This document shows positions 1 to 9,000 of a stretch of DNA of 64,000 nucleotides, piece by piece. Source of the stretch: Erythrobacter sp. (GTDB taxonomy: Bacteria > Pseudomonadota > Alphaproteobacteria > Sphingomonadales > Sphingomonadaceae); assembly GCA_965229665.1 (NCBI GenBank), contig OZ245896.1, positions 1,078,320 through 1,142,319 of the forward strand, given 5' to 3'. The first letter of the stretch is position 1. Each line of letters begins with the position of its first letter. The notes under the pieces were generated by a model, which saw only the letters and a list, made by a program, of their open reading frames with translations, was not told the origin of the DNA and did no database searches. The position numbers were made by a program, and so were the translations under genes.

Positions 1-20
1 TTTCAGGAAGCCGACGCGAT

Positions 21-47
21 GCCACCCGAAACCGGGTGGCGTTTGAG
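21..47 (+). terminator. GC-rich stem-loop, terminator-like, probably serving a gene ending left of the window
   Basis: 8-bp perfect stem GCCACCCG(21-28)/CGGGTGGC(33-40) with a 4-nt loop, followed by GTTTGAG. The U-run is weak. Confidence 0.35.
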
Positions 48-275
48 CTGAACTAGGCCAGCCGCAACCGCCCCCGGAAACCCGAGGTTGTTGTGGTGGT
101 AGTGGTGGTCAGCATCTGTGCCATGCGGGCGATATAGGAGCGAATGCTTGCGATGTCATTACGCAAGTCACGATTGGCCTGATCGGAAAGTCTCCGCTCC
201 ATTTTGGAAAGTGTGCTTGACAAATGTGCGAATCAATGACAAGTGTACTTTCCACAGTTGAAAGGAAGCTTGACC

Positions 276-452
276 ATGTCGAACATTCTCCACGCACTTT
301 TCTGGGCCGGCGTCATCCTGGGCGTGACCCTGTTCGCCAAATCACAAGGCCTCAGCGGCGACGCGAGCTTTGCGCTTGTTGCAGGCATGACAGGTGCGGC
401 TGTGGCCGCGACCACCACCAAGCGCGGTGCATGCGGTAAGGCCTGCAGCTGA
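276..452 (+). CDS. small hydrophobic protein (58 aa), hypothetical
   Basis: ATG at 276 is preceded by AAGGAAG 8 nt upstream. The translation MSNILHALFWAGVILGVTLF... has two hydrophobic segments. The stop overlaps the next start (TGATG). Confidence 0.45.
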   Translation: MSNILHALFWAGVILGVTLFAKSQGLSGDASFALVAGMTGAAVAATTTKRGACGKACS

Positions 453-868
453 TGGCCAGCACTCTCTCGATGAAAAATTATGTGCGCACCCATCTGGTGC
501 TGTCTCTGGCTTACCTGGCCTTCGTGGCACTGGCTGCTTGGTTCATTCCTGATGGTGCAGCGCCTTCCGTCTTCTTCATCGCACTGGCGGCGTTGCCGGG
601 CCTGATGGTGATGGGATGGATCTGGAACATGGGGCGGCTCTATCTGACGATGGAGGATGAGTTTTTGCGCATGCTTGAAGTCCGCAAGGCCATGTGGGCG
701 ACCGCCATCACTATGGCGATTTGTGGGGGTTGGGGACTTATCGAACTGTTCGTCTCTGTCCCGCGACTTCCGGTTTTCTTCGTCTTCCCGATCTGGTGCT
801 TGGGGTTGGCAGTGGGTCAGGTGATCAACCGCTTTACCCATGGCACCGGCGGAGGATCGCTCTGGTGA
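452..868 (+). CDS. polytopic membrane protein, paralogue of 957..1376
   Basis: 138 aa with 4 hydrophobic segments. It shares the block LPxLxxxGxIWxxxRLxxxxxDExxRMxxVR with the 957..1376 product. Confidence 0.7.
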   Translation: MASTLSMKNYVRTHLVLSLAYLAFVALAAWFIPDGAAPSVFFIALAALPGLMVMGWIWNMGRLYLTMEDEFLRMLEVRKAMWATAITMAICGGWGLIELFVSVPRLPVFFVFPIWCLGLAVGQVINRFTHGTGGGSLW

Positions 869-939
869 GCAACCGCCTCAAGGTTTCGCGCACAGAGCAT
901 ATCGAGCGATCCATCTCATTTGCAAAGAAGACGGCCTGA
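865..939 (+). pseudogene. truncated remnant of an XRE-family HTH regulator gene (24 codons)
   Basis: GTG overlaps the upstream stop (GTGA), mirroring the ATGA junction at 1373. The translation VSNRLKVSRTEH... parallels MNNRLKVLRAER... of the intact 63-aa regulator, then diverges and stops before any HTH. Confidence 0.5.
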
Positions 940-956
940 CCAACTGGAGATAATCC

Positions 957-1376
957 GTGACCTACCGTTCCCCCGCCATCAAACGCTATTCCTGGCGCAT
1001 CGCCGCCTTCATGCTTCTCTTCGTTGCCTTGATCTTTACCGTGGGGTTCTGGTTTCGCGAGGCGCCACCTGAAGGCGCGCTGGCTTGGGCCGTGGCGATT
1101 CTTCCCGCATTGCCGATCATCGGCGTGATCTGGACGATCTTTCGCCTGCTGGCCGAAGAGAGCGACGAGTACATCCGCATGATGCTGGTTCGCCAGGTTC
1201 TGTTTGCGACCGGCTTTTGCTTATGCGTGATGACCGTTTGGGAATTTTTGCAGAATTACGAGGTTGTTGCTCCAGGCAATGGCGGGTTCGGCACGGCCTT
1301 CTTCTGGTTCATCGGGCTTGGGTTCGGCGCAGCCTGGAACGGCTTTTTCATGGCGCGTGAGGCCCGCGAAGGATGA
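957..1376 (+). CDS. polytopic membrane protein partnered with an XRE regulator
   Basis: 139 aa with 4 hydrophobic segments, GTG start, and a 4-nt ATGA overlap with the downstream HTH gene. Confidence 0.7.
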   Translation: MTYRSPAIKRYSWRIAAFMLLFVALIFTVGFWFREAPPEGALAWAVAILPALPIIGVIWTIFRLLAEESDEYIRMMLVRQVLFATGFCLCVMTVWEFLQNYEVVAPGNGGFGTAFFWFIGLGFGAAWNGFFMAREAREG

Positions 1377-1564
1377 ACAATCGTCTCAAGGTCCTCCGCG
1401 CCGAACGCGACTGGAGCCAGCAGGATTTGGCTGAGCGGCTCGAAGTCAGCCGACAAAGCGTCAATGCGATCGAGAAGGGCCGCTATGACCCCTCTCTCCC
1501 GCTCGCATTCAAAATTGCCGACGTATTCGAACTGGCGATCGAAGAGATCTTCAGCCGCGACTAA
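1373..1564 (+). CDS. XRE-family helix-turn-helix transcriptional regulator (63 aa)
   Basis: MNNRLKVLRAERDWSQQDLAERLEVSRQSVNAIEKGRYDPSLPLAFKIADVF is a classic Cro/C1-type HTH. Confidence 0.9.
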   Translation: MNNRLKVLRAERDWSQQDLAERLEVSRQSVNAIEKGRYDPSLPLAFKIADVFELAIEEIFSRD

Positions 1565-3225
1565 ACGCTGATGGCGTTTGATCCCGCCTCGGTCACGAAG
1601 GTCTGCTTGCCAGCCAGCACGGTCGAACGCTGCTTGATCCCGGCCATAAAGCGATACTCGGTGGTCGCTGTGCTCGGGGTCAGTTCGACCATCATATAGC
1701 CTCGGTGGCTGGTGTCAGCCCATTTGAGCTCTTCGTTCGCGCCGACCACCAGGCTCGCCATATCGCCCGGTGCTACCATAGGCAGGAAGGTCTCGAAGCC
1801 TGGTGAGCTGACCGAGGACACGCCGAACTCGACCCCGACCTTCGTACCGTCCTGCGCGAGATCAAATGCCCAGCCATTGTGGGTGTCCCCCGCCACGACG
1901 AAGAGGTTCGCATCGGCCGCGAGTGCCGCTTCGAACACGCGCTCGCGCGCTGCGGGATAGCCATCCCAGGCATCCATATTGAGTGGTAAGCCTGCCTGAC
2001 TCGCCATCGCCGAGGCCACCAGCCGGTTGCGGATGAACGGCGGCAGGCCATCACCCATCAGATCAAGCAGATTGGGCGGAGATTGGAGCTTGCCCATCAG
2101 CACCTGCTGCACCAGCACTTGCCAGGTCTTGCCACTGGCGGTCGAGGCTTTGAGCCCTTCGGCCAGCCATTGATCCTGCGCCGCGCCGAGCAATTGCCGG
2201 GAGGGATCAGACCAGTCGCCATCGCGAAATGCGCTGAGTGCGGCGACCATAGCTTCGGGATTATCCTTGCCTTCCAGCACCTTCTCTAGGCTGAACTGCT
2301 CTTCCCGGCCCTCCAGCCGGGTGTCGAGTTTGAACAAAGTCGCAAGGTCGCCAACTTCATAAGTGCCGTAAGCTTCGTCAGAGACCGGCATCCATTCGCG
2401 ATAGACTCGTTTCGCGACTGCCTTGCGGACTTCCCATTCGCCCTCAGTTTCCGGCTGGTGATTCTGTGCGCCGTCTTTCCAGCTGTCATTGGTGCTTTCG
2501 TGATCGTCCCAAACGCTGATCATCGGGACCAGCTGATGCAGGCGCTGGAGATCAGGATCAGCGCGATAGGTGGCGTAGCGGGTACGGTAATCCGCCAGAG
2601 CGACGATCTCGCTCTCAAAGTTCAGCGCGCGGTCGGGATGCGCCTGGCCCGGCGAAGGATAGGTGCCCTTCCCGTACTCATAAATGTAATCACCAAGGTG
2701 AAGGACCAGGTCGCAATCATTGGCCTCGGCAGCGTGGGCATAGGAATTGAAGTACCCAAAGCCGTAGTTGGAACAGGAGAAAACAGCCATCCGGAAGCGC
2801 GCAGTCGGGCCTTGTGGCAGAGTACGGGTCCGCCCGACAGGCGAAACAGTGCCGTCTGGCGCGACAAAGCGGAAATAGTACCAGCTGTCGGGTTCCAGGC
2901 CCTGTGCGACCACCTTCGCACACCAGTCACGATCCGGCGAAGCCGTGACGCTCCCTTGCGCGACGGGCCTGCCAAAATCCATACTGTCCGAGACTTGCCA
3001 ATCGAGCTGGGTCGCGGCTTGGCCGACAAAACGGGTCCAAAGCAGGGCAGAGTTCGGCCCCGGTTCGCCACTCGCGACATTATGGCTGAAGCCGAAGCCA
3101 AACGACTTGGCGGCAAGCGGCGTAGCGACCGTCGCAGCGCTGACGCCAGCCAGCTGAAACAGGCTCCGCCGCGAAAGCGCGGCTTTGTTGGGAGCAGGCG
3201 AGGCAGGTGGTTCGGTTTTTATCAT
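1561..3225 (-). CDS. phoD: alkaline phosphatase D family protein, Tat-exported
   Basis: Twin-arginine leader SRRSLFQLAGVSAATVA. Metallophosphatase motifs HLGDYIYEY and VWDDHE. Length 554 aa. Confidence 0.9.
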   Translation of the reverse strand: MIKTEPPASPAPNKAALSRRSLFQLAGVSAATVATPLAAKSFGFGFSHNVASGEPGPNSALLWTRFVGQAATQLDWQVSDSMDFGRPVAQGSVTASPDRDWCAKVVAQGLEPDSWYYFRFVAPDGTVSPVGRTRTLPQGPTARFRMAVFSCSNYGFGYFNSYAHAAEANDCDLVLHLGDYIYEYGKGTYPSPGQAHPDRALNFESEIVALADYRTRYATYRADPDLQRLHQLVPMISVWDDHESTNDSWKDGAQNHQPETEGEWEVRKAVAKRVYREWMPVSDEAYGTYEVGDLATLFKLDTRLEGREEQFSLEKVLEGKDNPEAMVAALSAFRDGDWSDPSRQLLGAAQDQWLAEGLKASTASGKTWQVLVQQVLMGKLQSPPNLLDLMGDGLPPFIRNRLVASAMASQAGLPLNMDAWDGYPAARERVFEAALAADANLFVVAGDTHNGWAFDLAQDGTKVGVEFGVSSVSSPGFETFLPMVAPGDMASLVVGANEELKWADTSHRGYMMVELTPSTATTEYRFMAGIKQRSTVLAGKQTFVTEAGSNAISV

Positions 3226-3321
3226 TGGAGCCCCCTAGTCAGTGTTGGTTGCGCAGACATGACAGCTGCCGACGCAAAATGAAACTTGCTGGAAGCTTGC
3301 GCTTCACGGCATGAAGGACAC

Positions 3322-4053
3322 ATGACTGAACATTCACTCCATTCCATGCCCGACGGCCGTCAGATTGCTTTTCGACACACGCAAGGCGGCGGGCCCTGCC
3401 TGGTGTTCCTGCCCGGCTACATGTCCGACATGTCAGGGAGCAAGGCGACGTCGCAGTTCGAACGGGCGCAAGAGCTTGGACGCGAATGCCTCTTGATGGA
3501 CTACTCAGGCTGCGGGCTAAGCAGCGGTGAGTTTGCTGAGGGAACCTTATCGCGTTGGCGCGACGAGGTTTGCGCGCTCATCGAAACCCATGTTGATGGC
3601 CCGATCCTGTTGATTGGCTCTTCCATGGGCGGTTGGCTGATGCTGCTGGTGGCCGAACAGCTCGGAGCGCGTTTGAGCGGCGTCATCGGGATCGCGGCCG
3701 CACCCGACTTTACCCAATGGGGTTATAATGATGCGCAGAGAGCGGCCTTGGCGGCGGGTGAGATCGTCTATGAAGATAACCCTTACGGGCCCGAGCCGAC
3801 GCCTACCCACCCAGGCTTCTTCGCTGATGCAGAGGGTCACGCGCGCCTCGATGGCAAGATAGCGATCGACTGTCCGGTTCACCTGCTGCACGGCCAGAAT
3901 GACGCGGATGTGCCTTGGGAGACCAGCATCAAACTCGCCGCAGCGCTCCGTTCGGATGCGGTACAGGTGACGCTTGTCAAAGCGGGCGATCATCGGCTTT
4001 CGCGGGAGCAAGACATAGCTCTGCTCTCACAAACCGTCGATCAGTTCTACTGA
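3322..4053 (+). CDS. alpha/beta hydrolase
   Basis: Nucleophile elbow GSSMGGW and a C-terminal GDHRL histidine region. Start taken at the in-frame ATG (MTEHS), so it is uncertain. Confidence 0.75.
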   Translation: MTEHSLHSMPDGRQIAFRHTQGGGPCLVFLPGYMSDMSGSKATSQFERAQELGRECLLMDYSGCGLSSGEFAEGTLSRWRDEVCALIETHVDGPILLIGSSMGGWLMLLVAEQLGARLSGVIGIAAAPDFTQWGYNDAQRAALAAGEIVYEDNPYGPEPTPTHPGFFADAEGHARLDGKIAIDCPVHLLHGQNDADVPWETSIKLAAALRSDAVQVTLVKAGDHRLSREQDIALLSQTVDQFY

Positions 4054-4087
4054 TAAGCCATCCTCGTGATTAGAGTATCCTACTGCC

Positions 4088-4954
4088 ATGATTAACACCG
4101 CCGCGCTGACACTATTGCTGCAAGTCGGACAAGGCCTGCCGCTCCCCGGCAATGAGGAATTTGCCGACCAGATGCGCGATCGCCCGGCGCGCGAGAATGC
4201 CGTAGAGCAGCCGCGCGACCCGACCAGTCAATGGCTGGTCGACTGTCTCGATCAATTGCAACAAGACGCTGCGCGGGCCCATACGCAAGCGCAGATCAGA
4301 CGCAATGAAACGACAGGCGCCCAGCGCGTGTTAGCCAACCATTGCCTGGGGCTGGCCGCAACCGAGTTGGGGCTTTGGGGCGACGCGCAATCCGCTTTCC
4401 TCGCAGCACGAGAGGAGACCCCAGCTGAGGAATTGCGAACCCGCGCGCGGTTCGGATCGATGGCTGGCAACGCCGCATATCAGGCTGGAGACACCAACAC
4501 TGCTGTCGCTCTGTTCGAACGGGCTGAAGCCGATGCCGATGCAGCCTTGGAAGGAACCATTGGAGGTCTGACCGCGATCGATCGAGCGCGCGTTTTGGTC
4601 GAGCTCGATAGGGCTGAAGAAGCGCTGACCGCGCTAGACAAGGCAATCTTCCTCCTTCCGGAAACGAGCGAAGCCTGGCTGCTCAAAGCGACGCTGCTAC
4701 GCCGCCTCGACCGCCTTTCAGACGCTCAATCCGCCATCCAGTCGGCGATCGAGAATGCCCCATTTGACCCGCAGATCGGCTTGGAAGCCGGTGTGATCGC
4801 GGTGCTTGATGGACGAGACGACGCTGCCCGATTGAGCTGGCAGTCGGTGATTGACACCGCGCCAGACAGTACCTTCGCCGAGACTGCGCAGGATTACCTC
4901 ACACAATTGGGGCCTGCCCCTGAGCCCGAAACTGAGGTAGGCTCTGGAGCATGA
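4088..4954 (+). CDS. tetratricopeptide-repeat protein
   Basis: Ala/Leu-rich helical repeats, for example EAWLLKATLLRRLDRLSDAQSAIQSAIENAP. ATGA overlap with the next gene. Confidence 0.6.
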   Translation: MINTAALTLLLQVGQGLPLPGNEEFADQMRDRPARENAVEQPRDPTSQWLVDCLDQLQQDAARAHTQAQIRRNETTGAQRVLANHCLGLAATELGLWGDAQSAFLAAREETPAEELRTRARFGSMAGNAAYQAGDTNTAVALFERAEADADAALEGTIGGLTAIDRARVLVELDRAEEALTALDKAIFLLPETSEAWLLKATLLRRLDRLSDAQSAIQSAIENAPFDPQIGLEAGVIAVLDGRDDAARLSWQSVIDTAPDSTFAETAQDYLTQLGPAPEPETEVGSGA

Positions 4955-5946
4955 CTGAATTCTCCATCCTTGATCTGGTGCCCGTCCGAGAAGGCGGGAC
5001 ATTGCCCGAGGCGTTTGAAGCAGCGACTGAGCTTGCGAAGGCTGCCGACGCGCTGGGCTGCAAGCGCTTTTGGGTCGCCGAGCATCATGCAATGGACGGG
5101 ATCGCGGGTGGAGCGACATCAGTCGTGCTGGCTCATATCGGCAATGCCACCAGCCAGATCCGAATTGGATCGGGCGGAATCATGCTGCCCAATCACACGC
5201 CATTCCAGATTGCCGAGCAATTCGGCACGCTCGATGCGCTGTTTCCGGGTCGCGTGGATCTGGGCCTCGGACGCGCCCCGGGAGCCGGGCCCGAACTGCA
5301 GCGCGCGCTTCGCAAAAACCTCAATCAGGCGGCGGAGTATTTTCCGCAGGATGTGGTCGAACTGCGTGCCTTGCTGACTGGAGATGTCGAATTGCCAATC
5401 GCGGCGACTCCCGGGCTTGGCGCGCAGGTTGAGTTGTGGATGCTCGGGTCGAGCCTGTTTGGCGCACAATTGGCTGCCAAATTGGGTATGCCTTACGCCT
5501 TCGCAGCGCATTTCGCCCCCGATCATCTTGATGCCGCACTGGCGCTCTATCGCCGCGATTTCCAACCTTCTGCTACGCTCGAAAAGCCTCACGTGATGGT
5601 CGCCATGAATGTTTTTGCCGCAGACACAGAAGCAGAGGCAGAGCTCCTCGCTTCAAGCCAGCAGCAGAGTTTTGTGCGGCTCCGCAGCGGCAATCCAGGG
5701 AAACTCCCTCCCCCAATCGCGGACTACACCAACACACTGCCTGCACCCTCTCGCGCCATGCTTGATCACCTCGGGCAAGCAGCAGCGGTTGGCACGAGGG
5801 GACAGATTGCAGATGCGATTCAGGCCTTCGTCGGCCGAACCCAGGCTGACGAGATCATCCTTTGCGGCGCCACCTACGATCCCAAAGCACGATTGCGCTC
5901 GCTCGAACTGACAATCAACGCGATGAACGGAGCGGTCGCCGCCTAA
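4951..5946 (+). CDS. LLM-class (luciferase-like) flavin-dependent oxidoreductase
   Basis: MTEFSILDLVPVREGGT...FWVAEHH...GSGGIMLPNH is typical of the YhbW-like luciferase family. Confidence 0.85.
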   Translation: MTEFSILDLVPVREGGTLPEAFEAATELAKAADALGCKRFWVAEHHAMDGIAGGATSVVLAHIGNATSQIRIGSGGIMLPNHTPFQIAEQFGTLDALFPGRVDLGLGRAPGAGPELQRALRKNLNQAAEYFPQDVVELRALLTGDVELPIAATPGLGAQVELWMLGSSLFGAQLAAKLGMPYAFAAHFAPDHLDAALALYRRDFQPSATLEKPHVMVAMNVFAADTEAEAELLASSQQQSFVRLRSGNPGKLPPPIADYTNTLPAPSRAMLDHLGQAAAVGTRGQIADAIQAFVGRTQADEIILCGATYDPKARLRSLELTINAMNGAVAA

Positions 5947-6075
5947 CTCGCACGTCAGAGTCGCTCAGTGATCAGCCTCTCGCGAAGCTGCGCATTGCGC
6001 TTGCGCTGGGGGGCGACTTGCGGGTATTCTTGATGTAATAGTTCACACCAAGAAAATAAAATTACACGGAGCGGG

Positions 6076-9000
6076 ATGATGGATTCGAGTGCAATGGCGG
6101 CTGCGCTAAACCATTATTTGTGCAAGTCGATCCTTCCTGGCGATGCCGAGTTTGATCCGGAGGCCCTTGATCAAACAGTTGATTTTGTTCTCAAAGCTGC
6201 CGGCAATCGACTCCCCAATCACTCCTCACTGACGCTTGAATCGCTGACCGGCGAAAAACGCATATTGCGGCTGGCAATCATCAATGACGACATGCCGTTT
6301 CTGGTCGACTCGATTGCCGCGACAATTGCTGCTCAGGGCCTGACCATTGATCGCTTGGTGCATCCGATCGTGCCGGTTGATCGTGACGGCGAAGGCACGC
6401 TCCAAGCCATTGGCACAGAGAGCGCCGAGGGATCTGTCCACGAGTCGATGATCTACATCGAAACGCCGCGCGTCGATGCACGCCAGCGTCGCGCGCTTGA
6501 ACGCGCGTTGCGCGCGACATTGATGGATGTTCGGGCTGCCGTCAGCGATTGGCCCAAACTGCGTGATGCGATGTGGGACGATGCGGAGCGCGCCACCAAC
6601 CAAGAGGTCAAGGCACTGCTCCATTGGCTCAACGGAGGCATGCTCACCCAGTTGGGTCATCTGCTGCGCAATCGGGATGGAGGTGAAACCAACCCGCTCG
6701 GGATCTGCCGCAAAAGCACCCGCGAGGTCCTGGCTGAGTCCTCCTATGAGCGCGCATTCGCGTGGTTTGACGATCACGACAAACGGGGAAGCGCCCAAGA
6801 GCTGCTGGTTATCAAAGCGAACCACCTGTCCAAAGTGCACCGCCGAGTGCCGCTTGACCTGTTTATCTTCGGCCTGCGCGACAAGCCTGGCGGTCCAGTA
6901 CAGAGCCTATCGGTCCACTGCGGTATTTGGACCAGTGCCGCTATGGCTTCTTCGCCTTCGGAAGTACCGATTTTGCGGGCCGACTTGGCAGAGATCACTG
7001 AGGATCTCGGTTTTGCGAGCGGCGGGCACGCCAGCAAGGCTCTGGCCCACGCCTTCACGGCTCTGCCCTGTGATTTGCTAATCGGGTTCAGCAAGAAGTC
7101 GATCGCGCGGGTAGCGACGACTATGATGAGCCTGGTCGACCGCCCACGCCCACGACTGGCCTTGATCCCTTCGAGCCTCGGCCGCCATGTCTATGCGTTT
7201 GTGTGGCTCCCACGCGATGCCATTTCGACATCTGTGCGCTTGCAAATCCAAGATCTGCTGGAGCAGGTCGAGGGCGCCAAGGCGCTTGATTGGAGCCTTG
7301 ATGTCGAAGGTGGAGCGCTAGCGATGCTGCAATTCGTCATCGACGTCCGCGATGCCAAGCAGGACCTCGATGAAGCGGCGCTGGAAGCGCAATTGCGCGA
7401 TATGCTGCGTGGCTGGACCGAAGCGGTCGAAAGGCATCTCGCGGATTTGCATGGGACTTCTCGTGCAGCGGCAATCGCGGCTCGATATGCGGATGCCCTG
7501 CCAGATAATTACCGCAATCGATACGATGCCGCCGAGGCGGCAAGAGACATCGTTGCTCTGAGGCAGCTAAGTGACGAGGACGGCGCTCAACGCGGATCGC
7601 GGCTCTATCACCTCGCCAAGGATGACCGGCAACGCTTGCGGCTCAAAGTCTATCAAAATCGGGGTGCTCTGGGTCTGTCTGACTCGGTCCCCGCGTTGGA
7701 GAATTTCGGCTTTCATGTCGTGAAAGTGTTTCCGCTGGCACTGGACCATGGCGAGCTTGGCACGATCTATGAGTTCACACTCGATCTGCCCGATGATTGC
7801 GACGCGGGTGCCGTATTGGCCCGCTCGGAGACAATTGAGCAGGCGATTTCCGAAGTCCTCAACGGCACTGCCGAGGATGATCCCTTCAATCGATTGGTGG
7901 TCAGCACCGGTCTGACCGCTCGCGAGTCCAACTGGCTCAGGGCGTTCTATCGTTACCTTCGTCAAACCGGAATGGGTTTTACGATCTACACCGTTGTCGA
8001 CGCGCTGGCTGGCGCAGCACCCGTCACTCAGGCTCTGCTGCGGCAATTCTCCGTGCTGCATGATCCCGGATTCGACGGTGATCGCACAATTGCAGCCGAA
8101 GCGGCTCGGGCGGAGATTGTGGCTGGCCTCAGCAAAGTATCCGCGATCAACGACGACCGCCTGCTGCGGCTTTACCAAGGGCTGGTATCCGCAATCTTGC
8201 GGACCAATGCCTTTGCGCCCTCAGCAAACGAAGCAATTGCCTTCAAGATCGATTCCGCACTGGTTCCGAACCTGCCCAAGCCGGTGCCATGGCGTGAGAT
8301 ATTCGTTTACTCGCGCCGAGTTGAGGGAATCCACCTTCGCGCCGGTGCCGTCGCCCGCGGCGGGCTACGTTGGTCCGATCGGCGGGACGATTTCCGGACC
8401 GAAATTCTCGGTCTGATGAAGGCCCAGCGGGTCAAAAACGCGGTGATTGTCCCGACCGGTGCCAAAGGCGGGTTCTATCCGAAGCTGCTGCCTTCTCCTG
8501 CTGTGGATCGCGAAGGCTGGGCAGCCGAGGGACAGGCCAGCTACGAGATCTTCATACGAACCCTGCTGGCGGTGACCGATAATCTGGTTGAGGGCAAAGT
8601 GGTTCACCCGGCCAAAGTGGTCGTCCATGACGGTGAAGATCCCTATTTCGTCGTCGCTGCAGACAAGGGAACCGCGCGATTCTCAGATGTCGCCAACAAC
8701 ATTGCTCAAGAACGGCAGTTCTGGCTGGGCGACGCCTTCGCCAGTGGCGGCTCAAACGGCTATGACCATAAGGCGATGGGGATTACCGCGCGCGGTGCGT
8801 GGGTATCGGTTCAGCGACACTTCCTCGAAATGGGCCTCGATGTTCAGACAGACAGCGTTACTGTCGCCGGGTGCGGAGACATGTCGGGCGATGTCTTCGG
8901 AAACGGCATGCTCCTATCGAAGGCGATCAAATTGGTCGCGGCCTTCGACCACCGCAGTATCTTCTTTGATCCCGATCCGGACCCGGCGGCCAGCTGGAAG

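Noticed and set aside
53-202. Untracked 49-codon minus-strand ORF MERRLSDQANRDLRNDIASIRSYIARMAQMLTTTTTTTTSGFRGRLRLA with an eight-Thr run. It ends just before the 21-40 hairpin.
   Set aside because: It has no Shine-Dalgarno sequence before the ATG, mixed codon usage and no family recognised. The helical N-terminal part and the flanking terminator make it worth a Ribo-seq look, but the evidence is insufficient to call a gene.
217-245. TTGACA at 217-222 as the -35 element of a promoter for the first operon.
   Set aside because: No acceptable -10 hexamer occurs at 16-19 nt spacing (CAAGTG or AAGTGT). TACTTT lies 23 nt away.
3259-3265. CTGTCAT (minus-strand reading) 34 nt upstream of the phoD start, as a possible Pho box.
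   Set aside because: Only one 7-mer half-site is present. The expected second direct repeat 4 nt away is absent (GCGCAAC), and the spacing to the start codon is awkward.
6027-6054. TTCTTG-N16-CAAGAA inverted repeat in the AT-rich patch upstream of the giant glutamate dehydrogenase gene.
   Set aside because: The 6-nt arms with a long spacer in AT-rich DNA are easily produced by chance, and there is no adjacent regulator.
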